NCBI GenBank assembly: GCA_031441465.1 | Contig: JANOEP010000013.1 | Location: 18,562-82,561 of the forward strand | DNA length: 64,000 bases | Source of the DNA: a bacterium | GTDB taxonomy: Bacteria; Krumholzibacteriota; Krumholzibacteriia; LZORAL124-64-63 | Reading direction: 5' to 3' | Shown here: positions 36,371 through 44,974 of the stretch, in pieces | Position numbering within the stretch: position 1 is the stretch's first letter | Layout of the letters: each line of letters starts with the position of its first letter | The notes under the pieces: model-generated | Told to the model about the DNA's origin: nothing | The model's input: the letters and a program-made list of their open reading frames with translations, nothing else | Databases searched by the model: none | Program-made: the position numbers and the translations under genes

Positions 36371-38988
36371 GCACCGACGATCCCGCCCGCTGGCGGCGCC
36401 TCGACGCCGTCCTGGACGAGCTACTGGCGCTACCGCCGCACGCCCGCACCGGCCGTCTCGACGAACTCGCGGGGAACGACCGGGAATTGCGTGCCGAAGT
36501 CGAAGCGTTGCTGCACTGCGACGAGACCGACGACGGCTTGCTCGATCATCCCGCCTCCGACCATTTCGGCGCTCTGCTCGCCGCCTCCCCTCAACTCGAT
36601 GGGCCGGACACCGAACTGACCGGCAGGGAGGTGGGCCCTTTCCGGATCCTCGGCCGTCTCGGCGAGGGCGGCATGGGCGTCGTCTTCGAGGCGCGCCAGT
36701 CGCACCCGCCGCGCACCGTGGCCCTGAAGGTGCTGCGCGCCGGCGTGTTCGCGGGCACGCAGCAGCTGCGCATGTTCCGCCGCGAGGCGGAGAGCCTCGG
36801 ACGGCTGAACCACCCCGGGATCGCCGCCATCCACGACGCCGGGCGCACCGGGGACGGGCTGCACTGGTTCGCCATGGAACGCGTGCACGGCGAATCCCTC
36901 GACGCCTGGTTGCGCGGGCGGCCGGCACCGGACACGCGCGCGGAGATCGCGGCCCGCACGGCGGTCTGCCTCGCGGTCTGCGACGCGATCTCGCACGCCC
37001 ACCAGCGCGGCGTCGTGCACCTGGACCTCAAGCCCTCGAACATCATGGTGCTGCCGCCGTCGGGCGACGCCGCGGCCGGACCCGCGGTGAAGGTGCTCGA
37101 CTTCGGCATCGCCCGCATCACCGGCGGCGACGCGGCGCAGACGACCGTCGGCCACGAGGGGCGCGCCTTCGCGGGCACCCTGGCGTACATGAGCCCGGAG
37201 CAGGCCGGTGGCGACGTGCGCGACCTCGACGTGCGCAGCGACATCTACTCGCTCGGGGTATTGTACTACGAGATGCTCACGGGCCGCCTGCCGGTGGAGA
37301 CGGGCGGCGCCGCGCTGCCGGAGGCCGTGCGCCTGATCCGCGAACAGGCGCCGGCAAGGCCCGCCGACCTCTGCCGGCTCCTGCGGGGCGATCCCGAGAC
37401 GATCATCCTGAAGGCGCTCACCAAGGATCCGGCCCAGCGCTACCAGAGCGTCGCGGCCTTCGCCGAGGACATCCGCCGCAGCCGCGACAACCTGCCCATC
37501 CTCGGCCGGCCGCCGAGCACGGCGTACCAGCTGCGCAAGATCGTCGTGCGCCACCGGGTGGCGATCGCGTTCGCGGGGGTGCTGCTGGCGGGCCTCGTCG
37601 CCGCGATCGGCGGAACCACCTTCGGCTTGGTGCGCGCCCGACGCGCCGAGGCCGCCGCCGAGCGGACGGCGGTCTTCCTGGAGTCCGTGTTCCGCGTCGC
37701 GGACCCGAGCGAGTCCCGCGGCGGCGCGGTGACCGCGCGCGAGCTGCTCGACCATGCGGTCGCCGACATCGACTCCCAACTCGTCGACCAGCCGCAGGTG
37801 CGCGGCCGGCTGCTCGCCTCGATGGGCAACGCCTACCGCCAACTCGGGCTGTACCGGGAGTCGCGGCCGCTGCTCGAGCAGGCGCTGGCGCTCGAGCGCG
37901 CGACGCTCGACGCGGACGACCCCCGCATCGCGCGCAGCCACTACGTCCTGGCCGGCCTGCTGCGCCGGTTGCGGGAACTCGACGCCGCGCGCGAGCACTA
38001 CCGGGCCGCGCTGGCCATCCGCGAGAAGGCGCGCAACCCCGACGACCTGGCCGTCAGCCTCACCGGCCTGGCGAACCTCGAGGTGGACGAGAGCCGCTTC
38101 GCCGAGGCCAGCGACCTGTACCGTCGCGCGATGGCCATCACCGCCGAAAGCGCCGGCGGGGACTCGCCCCGCTACGCCGCGCACCTCTCGGGCCTGGCCC
38201 TCGCCCAGTGGCGTCTGGGGGAAGCCGACTCGGCCCGCGCCATGCTCGAGCGCGTCGTCGCGATCCAGCGGCGCACGCTGGCCCCGGACGACCTCGACCT
38301 CGCCTGGAGCCTGTCCACGCTGGGCAGCTTCTACGCCGACGGCGAACAGACCGCGCGGGCCCGCGAACTCGGCGAAGAGGCCCTCGCGGTCCAGGAGCGC
38401 GCGCTCGGGCCCGACCACACCGACGTGGCCGAGACGCTCGACATGCTGGGCAACCTCAACCACAAGGAAGGCCACTTCGAGCGGGCGCTCGCCCTGCACC
38501 GGCGCGAAGCCAGGATCTGGGAGAAGGCCGTCGGCACCGAGCACCCGTACTACGGCATGGCCCTCGACAACTGCGCCAAGGACCTCTCCGGCGCCGGCCG
38601 CTGGGCCGAGGCGATCGCCGACGCGGTGCGCGCCCGCGACATCCTGGCGCGAACGCTGCCCGCGGAGCATCGGGCCCTGACCTACAACCAGGTGAACCTC
38701 GCCGTGATGTTCCGCGGCGCCGGCGAACTCGGGCACGCACGCACGCAGCTCGAGGCCGCCCTGGCCGTGCGCTCGCGGCTCTACGGCGACGACAGCCTCG
38801 AGGTGCTGGAAGTGGTGATCGAACTGGGACGGGTCAGCGCGTTGCAGGGGCGGCGCGACGAGGCGCGCGGGCATTACGAGCGGGCGCTGGCGATCGCCGG
38901 CTCACGGGAGGACGCCGCCGGGGAAATGGGCGCGATCAGGTCGGAGCTGGCGGGCGTCACGGCCGGGCGGCCAGCGCCCGGATCGTAG
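36367..38988 (+). CDS. membrane Ser/Thr protein kinase with TPR repeats
   Basis: GEGGMG, VALK, HLDLKPSN, DFG, YMSPEQ; TM helix; TPRs; ATGA overlap with sigma gene. Confidence 0.93.
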   Translation: MSTDDPARWRRLDAVLDELLALPPHARTGRLDELAGNDRELRAEVEALLHCDETDDGLLDHPASDHFGALLAASPQLDGPDTELTGREVGPFRILGRLGEGGMGVVFEARQSHPPRTVALKVLRAGVFAGTQQLRMFRREAESLGRLNHPGIAAIHDAGRTGDGLHWFAMERVHGESLDAWLRGRPAPDTRAEIAARTAVCLAVCDAISHAHQRGVVHLDLKPSNIMVLPPSGDAAAGPAVKVLDFGIARITGGDAAQTTVGHEGRAFAGTLAYMSPEQAGGDVRDLDVRSDIYSLGVLYYEMLTGRLPVETGGAALPEAVRLIREQAPARPADLCRLLRGDPETIILKALTKDPAQRYQSVAAFAEDIRRSRDNLPILGRPPSTAYQLRKIVVRHRVAIAFAGVLLAGLVAAIGGTTFGLVRARRAEAAAERTAVFLESVFRVADPSESRGGAVTARELLDHAVADIDSQLVDQPQVRGRLLASMGNAYRQLGLYRESRPLLEQALALERATLDADDPRIARSHYVLAGLLRRLRELDAAREHYRAALAIREKARNPDDLAVSLTGLANLEVDESRFAEASDLYRRAMAITAESAGGDSPRYAAHLSGLALAQWRLGEADSARAMLERVVAIQRRTLAPDDLDLAWSLSTLGSFYADGEQTARARELGEEALAVQERALGPDHTDVAETLDMLGNLNHKEGHFERALALHRREARIWEKAVGTEHPYYGMALDNCAKDLSGAGRWAEAIADAVRARDILARTLPAEHRALTYNQVNLAVMFRGAGELGHARTQLEAALAVRSRLYGDDSLEVLEVVIELGRVSALQGRRDEARGHYERALAIAGSREDAAGEMGAIRSELAGVTAGRPAPGS

Positions 38989-38990
38989 AC

Positions 38991-39389
38991 TCATCGGCGC
39001 CGGCGCGTGTTGCTCTCGAAGAACACCTTGACCTGCTCTTTCGAAATCGTGCCCGCCGCTACGCCGATCGTCATCTCCTCGAGATCTCGGTCGGCTGCCG
39101 TCAGTTCGCTGCCGTTGACCAGCAGGAACACTTCCGCCGTCGCGACGGCAACGCGCTTGTTTCCGTCCACGAACGGATGATTGACGCAGAGATGAAAGTG
39201 GTAGGCTGCGGCCATCGCCGGCAATCCCGGGTGAAGGTAGTTTCCCGAAAACATCGCTCGCGGCATCGCCACGGCCGACTCCAGCAACCCTCGATCACGC
39301 AGACCGGGATCGCCGCCGAACTCGGCAATCATCCGCGCCTGGATTTCCAACACTTGTCGGACCGTGAGGAAAAGGAGGGAATCCGTCAC
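38991..39389 (-). CDS. doc: death-on-curing (Fic/Doc) toxin
   Basis: GLRD.GLLESA and HPFVDGNKR. Confidence 0.9.
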   Translation of the reverse strand: MTDSLLFLTVRQVLEIQARMIAEFGGDPGLRDRGLLESAVAMPRAMFSGNYLHPGLPAMAAAYHFHLCVNHPFVDGNKRVAVATAEVFLLVNGSELTAADRDLEEMTIGVAAGTISKEQVKVFFESNTRRRR

Positions 39390-39616
39390 TGCGCCAAGCG
39401 CCTCAACACCTGCCGCCTCTTCGCGACCACATCATCGAGTTCGTCATGAAAACTGCCCGCATCAGGTTGCCGTGGGTGGGCCGGCGTCACGATCAGGCTG
39501 CCGTCCTGGATCGTCAGCTGCACCTGTCCATCCTCTTCCAGTCCGAGAAGCTCCAGGATCGGCTTGTCGAGAATCAACGCGTTGCTGTTGCCAACTTTAC
39601 AGAGTTGCTTGATCAT
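39386..39616 (-). CDS. AbrB/MazE-type antitoxin
   Basis: KVGNS.ALIL; overlaps doc start. Confidence 0.85.
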   Translation of the reverse strand: MIKQLCKVGNSNALILDKPILELLGLEEDGQVQLTIQDGSLIVTPAHPRQPDAGSFHDELDDVVAKRRQVLRRLAQ

Positions 39617-39627
39617 GTCGACCTCCG

Positions 39628-39650
39628 TGGTTATAACTATATTATAACCA
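39628..39650. promoter_or_regulatory. palindromic operator of the AbrB-Doc operon
   Basis: TGGTTATAA-ctata-TTATAACCA just upstream of the RBS. Confidence 0.65.
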
Positions 39651-39666
39651 ACTTACCGGCATTTCG

Positions 39667-40077
39667 TCAAGTCCCGCCGCGGCAGGCTCGCCCGCGCTTC
39701 TGCGCATTCTCCGCGATCCGCGCCCTGACCAGCCTGCGGATCAGCGCCACCGGCAGCGGCTTGCCGGGTTGGAAGCGGATCGTGCCCTTACTGGTGTCGA
39801 ACCCGGCGAGCACGTCCGCATGGTCGGCCACCGTGGCGGCGCTCATGGGGTAGAAGGCGCAGTGCTTGGCGGCCGCGCCGAAGGCCACGAGCGCCTTCCC
39901 GTCCAGGCGGAAGGCGGGCAGCCCGTAGCTGATGCACTCCTGCGCCCGCGGCGCCGCGGCCCGGATGGCCTTGCGGAGCCGCTCGAGCGCGAGCCGCTGG
40001 CCGTCGTCCAGCGCATCGAGGTATTCATCGATGCTGTTGGCTGCCGGTCTCATCGTGATGGTCCCCTTCCACGTCAA
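39667..40077 (-). CDS. DUF1801 (YdhG-like) protein
   Basis: [27 protein letters not shown]; start may be 40053. Confidence 0.85.
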   Translation of the reverse strand: MTWKGTITMRPAANSIDEYLDALDDGQRLALERLRKAIRAAAPRAQECISYGLPAFRLDGKALVAFGAAAKHCAFYPMSAATVADHADVLAGFDTSKGTIRFQPGKPLPVALIRRLVRARIAENAQKRGRACRGGT

Positions 40078-41933
40078 TCGTCGGCGGCCACGGCCGCCCG
40101 GATCTCCGCCATGAACAGCTCCCCGTACCGCCGCAGCTTCGTCTCCCCCACCCCGCTCAGCAGCATGAACGCCTCGGGCGACGCCGGCCGGTGCTGCGCC
40201 ATGGCCGCCAGCGTGCGGTCGTGGAAGATCACGTAGGGCGGCACGCCCTGCTCGACGGCCAGCCCGTGCCGCAGGACGCGCAGCCGCTCGAACAGCGTGG
40301 CGGTGGCGGCGTCGACCTCGACCTCCGGATCGACGATCAAGGCGGCCGGCGCCCGGCGCTTGCGCTCCTTCGGCGCGGCGCGCGTCAGCACGTCCCGCCG
40401 CAGCCGCAGTTCGCGCCCGCCGTTGAGCACGGACCCGGCCGCCGCCGTCAGGCGCAGGCCGCCGTAGCCCTCGGGATCCAGGGCCAACAAACCCAGCGCG
40501 ACCAGCTGCCTGAACACACTGCGCCAGCCGAAGTCGTCGAGTTCGACGCCGATCCCGTAGGTCGACAGGCGGTCGTGCCCGAGGCTCCGCACCCGTTCGT
40601 TCCCGCTGCCGCGCAGCACGTCAATCACGTGCTGGGCGCCGAAACGCTGGCCCGTGCGCGCCACGCACGACAGGGCCTTCTGGGCGACCACCGTGCCGTC
40701 GTAGGTGTCCGGCGGCTCGAGGCAGGTGTCGCAGTTGCCGCAGGGTTCGGCCATCACCTCGCCGAAGTAGGCGAGCAGGCGCTGGCGGCGGCAGTCGGTC
40801 ACCTCGCAGTAGCCGAGCATGGCGTCCAGCTGCTGCAGGTTGCGACGGCGGTGCATCTCGTCGCCCTCGGAAGCGTCGACGAGCTTGCGCAGCATCACCA
40901 CGTCCTGCAGGCCGTAGCAGAGCCAGGCGTCGGCGGGCAGGCCGTCGCGGCCGGCGCGTCCCGTCTCCTGGTAGTAGCCCTCGACGCTCTTGGGCAGGTC
41001 CAGGTGGGCCACGAAACGCACGTCGGGCTTGTCGATACCCATGCCGAAGGCGATGGTCGCGCACACGACCAGGCCGTCCTCGCGCCGGAAGCGCTCCTGG
41101 TGGCGGCGGCGGGTCTTGGCGTCCAGCCCCGCGTGATAAGGCACCGCGGCGATGCCCTGCTCGTTGAGGAACTTCGCCGTTTCCTCGGTCTTCTTGCGCG
41201 CTAGGCAGTAGACGATGCCGGCGTCACCGGCGTGTTCGGCGCGCAGGAACTCCAGCAGCTGGCGGCGGGGGTTGTCCTTGGGCACGACCCGGTAGCGGAT
41301 GTTCGGCCGGTCGAAACCCCCGATGAACACGCGCCCGCTCCCCAGCCGCAGGTTATGCAGGATCTCCTCGCGGGTGCGCTCGTCGGCCGTCGCGGTGCAG
41401 GCCAGCCGCGGCACATGCGGGTACCGCTCGGCCAGCACGTCCAGCTGCAGGTACTCCGGCCGGAAGTCGTGTCCCCACTGGGAGACGCAGTGGGCCTCGT
41501 CGATGGCGAACAGGGCCAGGCCCGCCGGCGCCGGGGCTCGTGCGACCTCGTCCAGCAGTTCGAGCGTGCGCTCCTGCAGCAGGCGTTCGGGCGCCACGTA
41601 GAGCAGGTCCAGTTCACCGCGCAGCAACCGGGCCTCCACCCGGCGGCCCTCGGCGGCGCTCAGGCTGGAGTTGAGGAACGCTGCCCGCAAGCCGAGCTGC
41701 AGCAGTGCGTCCACCTGGTCCTGCATCAGGGCGATCAGCGGCGAGACGACGATCCCCGTACCGTCGCGCAACAGCGCCGGGATCTGGTAGCAGAGCGACT
41801 TGCCGCCGCCGGTGGGCATCAGCAGCAGCGCGTCGCCCCCGCGCGCCAGGTGGTCGACAACCTCGGCCTGGTGGCCGCGGAAGGCGGGATATCCGTAGAC
41901 GGATTTGAGGATGTCCAGGGCGGTGCGGTTCAT
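40074..41933 (-). CDS. recQ: ATP-dependent DNA helicase RecQ
   Basis: [40 protein letters not shown] Zn cysteines, HRDC. Confidence 0.96.
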   Translation of the reverse strand: MNRTALDILKSVYGYPAFRGHQAEVVDHLARGGDALLLMPTGGGKSLCYQIPALLRDGTGIVVSPLIALMQDQVDALLQLGLRAAFLNSSLSAAEGRRVEARLLRGELDLLYVAPERLLQERTLELLDEVARAPAPAGLALFAIDEAHCVSQWGHDFRPEYLQLDVLAERYPHVPRLACTATADERTREEILHNLRLGSGRVFIGGFDRPNIRYRVVPKDNPRRQLLEFLRAEHAGDAGIVYCLARKKTEETAKFLNEQGIAAVPYHAGLDAKTRRRHQERFRREDGLVVCATIAFGMGIDKPDVRFVAHLDLPKSVEGYYQETGRAGRDGLPADAWLCYGLQDVVMLRKLVDASEGDEMHRRRNLQQLDAMLGYCEVTDCRRQRLLAYFGEVMAEPCGNCDTCLEPPDTYDGTVVAQKALSCVARTGQRFGAQHVIDVLRGSGNERVRSLGHDRLSTYGIGVELDDFGWRSVFRQLVALGLLALDPEGYGGLRLTAAAGSVLNGGRELRLRRDVLTRAAPKERKRRAPAALIVDPEVEVDAATATLFERLRVLRHGLAVEQGVPPYVIFHDRTLAAMAQHRPASPEAFMLLSGVGETKLRRYGELFMAEIRAAVAADD

Positions 41934-42067
41934 GGGGGCAGGCTAGCCAGAAGCAGGCCCGGGAGCAAGGGCGGAGCGCGTGGGCGCTTGCCTCCCGGCG
42001 GTGAGCGGGATCTCGCCGGGAATGGCGTCGTGATCGGCGGGGCCCGTCACAGGAGACGCTCGACCGG

Positions 42068-42553
42068 TCAAGAACTGCTCAGATAGGTGATGTTGAGCAG
42101 CACGTCCGTGACCTCCCCAGAGATCACGGTCACGGGCGTCAGGCTCATGTCATCCCCGAAATAGCACATGTAGTACTCGTCATTTTCAACGATGAACACG
42201 CTGTAGTTCCCGGGAGGCAGCTCCACCTGGAAGAACCCCGTCCGGTCGGAAGTCGTCCGGGCGATTTCCTGCTTGTGGATCTCGCTAAAGAATTCCGGAG
42301 TGGATCCTGGCGTCGCGTCTTCGAGCGTCGTCGACTCGAACACCACGACCTCACGCGACACCGCCCGCACATGGCCCTGCGGGCAGGTCGGCATGAAGTC
42401 CCCCTCGAAGAACCAGACGTCGCCCCACAGGCCCTGGGTGATGGTCACTTCAGCCGCGTTGCGCCGGGGTCGGCTGTCGCCGGGACAGCCCTTGTCGCAG
42501 CCCGCCATGAAGATTGATGCCAGCAGCATCGAAACGATGGGGAACATCTCCAT
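42068..42553 (-). CDS. lipoprotein with carboxypeptidase-regulatory-like domain
   Basis: Lipobox MAGC; TTSD..G.F...LPPG.Y. Confidence 0.65.
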   Translation of the reverse strand: MEMFPIVSMLLASIFMAGCDKGCPGDSRPRRNAAEVTITQGLWGDVWFFEGDFMPTCPQGHVRAVSREVVVFESTTLEDATPGSTPEFFSEIHKQEIARTTSDRTGFFQVELPPGNYSVFIVENDEYYMCYFGDDMSLTPVTVISGEVTDVLLNITYLSSS

Positions 42554-42617
42554 CCTCCCGGGTAGATGGACAGAACGCCGCCGTGCGCACAGCTGGTACC
42601 GCATCCGCGCGCTCGCG

Positions 42618-43241
42618 TCATGCCCCTCCAGTATACCCGCACACACCCATCCGGGGTGAATTCACGACCGGCAGCAACGAATCCTCCCCGCACGGGTGAT
42701 CCACCGTGTGGGCTTCGCAAAAGAAACCGTCGTCGCCGCCGGAACAAGACGCACACACGCTGACCGCCGGCAGGCCGCACACGTCGCAGAACCACACAGG
42801 GGCCTCGTTGCGGGCTGCGATCAGTGCGCTCTTCAGAGGAGCCGCCTCGACATCGCCGACATGGCTGACGACGAGTCGGGTGAATGAGCCGAAGTCGTAC
42901 TCGTAGCCCAGGCGCGATCCCGGCAGACCCAGAACCTCGCCGATCGACCTGGTCATGCCGACCGGTCCAGTCTGCTTGTGATAGAATTCGCTCAGATGTC
43001 CACAACACTCGAGCCAGATCCGGCGTAGGAGATCATCGACCGTCTTCAACTTGGCGGCAGGCCGGGTCGCGATGATCAGCCACATCATCGGATCGTCGCG
43101 AGCCTGGGCTCGCAGCAGCAAGATTTTCGTGCGCTCAGCGCCGCTCGTTTCCTGAAGACACTTCCGAACATGCGCGCCCATCGCGGCCTTGGTCGTGCGT
43201 GCACCACACAACTCGCAGTTTCCAAACGAAATTTGTCTCAC
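42618..43241 (-). CDS. Cys-rich protein related to the pRiA4b ORF-3 family
   Basis: IWLECCGHLSEF, YEYDFGS, several CxxC, PVVNSPRMGVCGY. Confidence 0.6.
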   Translation of the reverse strand: MRQISFGNCELCGARTTKAAMGAHVRKCLQETSGAERTKILLLRAQARDDPMMWLIIATRPAAKLKTVDDLLRRIWLECCGHLSEFYHKQTGPVGMTRSIGEVLGLPGSRLGYEYDFGSFTRLVVSHVGDVEAAPLKSALIAARNEAPVWFCDVCGLPAVSVCASCSGGDDGFFCEAHTVDHPCGEDSLLPVVNSPRMGVCGYTGGA

Positions 43242-43287
43242 GGCGAGAATCCCTCCCGACGATCGCCGCCTCCTGCGCGCCTCCGGT

Positions 43288-44178
43288 TCACGACCCTAAA
43301 CGATCCAGCCGCGACTCGACGATCTCCGCCAGTCGAACGCGCAGATCAACGCTCAGCTCCGAATCGACGATCATCCCCAGGTACTCGTCGCGCAGTGCCA
43401 CCAACTCGCCGAGCTTGCGCCCGGCATATTCCGGCACGACCCCCAGCCGCCCCGCGAACGCGAGGAAGTCGTCCCGCCGCAGGCGACTCCGCCTGCCGCC
43501 GACGGTGAGCGCGAGTTCCTCCTGCTCGCCGGGGATCACCAGTCGCGAGGACACCAGGTCGTAGGCCGGGCTGAGCGCGACCGTGCCGTCCTCGTCGGTC
43601 AGCAGCGAGAAGTTCTTGCGGTGGGCGTCGCCGTTGCCGACGGCGAAGTTGAAGATCGTCAGCTCGAAGAGCCTCTGGCATTCGAGCGGCGCGAACGTGC
43701 AGTGCTCGCCGATGACGCGGGCGATCTGCTCATGGCTGCCGGCGTACTTGTCGGGACCGCCGAGGATCTGGTGCATGTCCTCGCAGGCGAGCTTTTCGAC
43801 GCGCCTTCCCTTCGCGAACCGGTCGAACCGCTTCACGAGGTATGCGGGCTGGCCGTCGGCCAGCTCCAGCAGCAAACACGTCGCCGTGCGCAGGCCGAAC
43901 CTGCGCCCCATCCGCATGCACAGGTACTCGTTCTGCGGTAGTTCGCGGAAGGACTGAGTCTGCGGCTTGAGGATGAACCGGCCGCCGCGCGCGACGGGCA
44001 CGAGCCGGCCACCGTCGAGGCGCACCGACAGCTTCGGCTGGACGCCGGAGATGCTGAGCCTGCCGGCCAGCTTCTGCGCCTCGCCGGCGATCTCGCCCGA
44101 CGTGATGGGGATGGTCGGCCGGATGGGCTTGCCGAACATTGCGCGGAGCGTTTGGTCGTCGTCGTCAATCGGTGTCAT
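43288..44178 (-). CDS. hipT: HipT-like kinase toxin (HipA core without N-terminal domain)
   Basis: SISGVQPK, KRFDR, GNGDAHRKNFS, LSPAYDL. Confidence 0.82.
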   Translation of the reverse strand: MTPIDDDDQTLRAMFGKPIRPTIPITSGEIAGEAQKLAGRLSISGVQPKLSVRLDGGRLVPVARGGRFILKPQTQSFRELPQNEYLCMRMGRRFGLRTATCLLLELADGQPAYLVKRFDRFAKGRRVEKLACEDMHQILGGPDKYAGSHEQIARVIGEHCTFAPLECQRLFELTIFNFAVGNGDAHRKNFSLLTDEDGTVALSPAYDLVSSRLVIPGEQEELALTVGGRRSRLRRDDFLAFAGRLGVVPEYAGRKLGELVALRDEYLGMIVDSELSVDLRVRLAEIVESRLDRLGS

Positions 44179-44494
44179 CGGCCGCCCTCCGCACGCCGAC
44201 CGCCCCGATGCAGTCGTCGCAGGTGCTCAACAACAGGCCGAAGGTGTCGCTCTCGTCCACCTTGATCGTGCGCGCGACGATGCGCAGGTACCATCCCTCG
44301 GGTACCAGCCCGGCAAAGTATGGGAAGAGCGCCGGCGACTCGAACGGTTCCGGCTGCAGCGGCAGCGTCAACGAGACGGCCGGGCCGACGGACAGGTAGG
44401 CCGGGTCGTAGACGAATCGGTAGGCGCCCGAATCCAGTTCGGTGAGCACGCCCGCCCGCCGATCGCGGTAATACACGCTCCCCCGGCGCATCAC
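44165..44494 (-). CDS. hipS: HipS-like protein (standalone HipA N-terminal domain)
   Basis: Y.F.YD..Y, VSLTLP, LFPYFAGLVPEGW, DCIGAV. Confidence 0.82.
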   Translation of the reverse strand: MMRRGSVYYRDRRAGVLTELDSGAYRFVYDPAYLSVGPAVSLTLPLQPEPFESPALFPYFAGLVPEGWYLRIVARTIKVDESDTFGLLLSTCDDCIGAVGVRRAADDTD

Positions 44495-44685
44495 GACCTG
44501 GGCCTCACGTGAAGCTCGTGACCGAGCAGGTCGAGCACCTGCTTCACCTTGTCGAGACGGACGGTGGGCTTGCCCCGCTCCAGTTCGCGGACGAACCGCA
44601 GGCCCACTCCCGCGCGCTCGGCCAGATCGGCCTGTGTCAGGCCGGCCGCCTTGCGGAGTTTCTTGATTTGGGAGGCGAGGTTCAT
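44491..44685 (-). CDS. hipB: HipB-like HTH regulator (y4mF type)
   Basis: LTQ.DLA.RAGVGLRFVRELE.GK.TVRLDKV..VL. Confidence 0.85.
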   Translation of the reverse strand: MNLASQIKKLRKAAGLTQADLAERAGVGLRFVRELERGKPTVRLDKVKQVLDLLGHELHVRPRS

Positions 44686-44691
44686 GTCAAT

Positions 44692-44852
44692 ATCCCTGAT
44701 CGGGTATATTCTTACTGATCACTTCTGGATGATCCATGAATTTGCGACGTTCGTCAATAAAGAACGTCCCCGATAGGGTGTCTTTAAGTGTCTTCTTGCC
44801 GATCAAGTCAACTGTTACTGGCCTGCGACTTTTATTATACCCTATAGGGTAT
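44692..44852. promoter_or_regulatory. three 16-bp palindromic operators upstream of hipBST
   Basis: ATCCCTGATCGGGTAT (44692), GTCCCCGATAGGGTGT (44766), perfect ATACCCTATAGGGTAT (44837). Confidence 0.75.
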
Positions 44853-44974
44853 GAATTTATACAACTCTCCAGACATCCGCGATGGGTGGATCATGGCACA
44901 ATCATGCGACGGGGGGGGCCACGAAGCGCACGTCGGGCTGGTCGGTGCCCATGCCGAAGCCGATGGATGACCGA

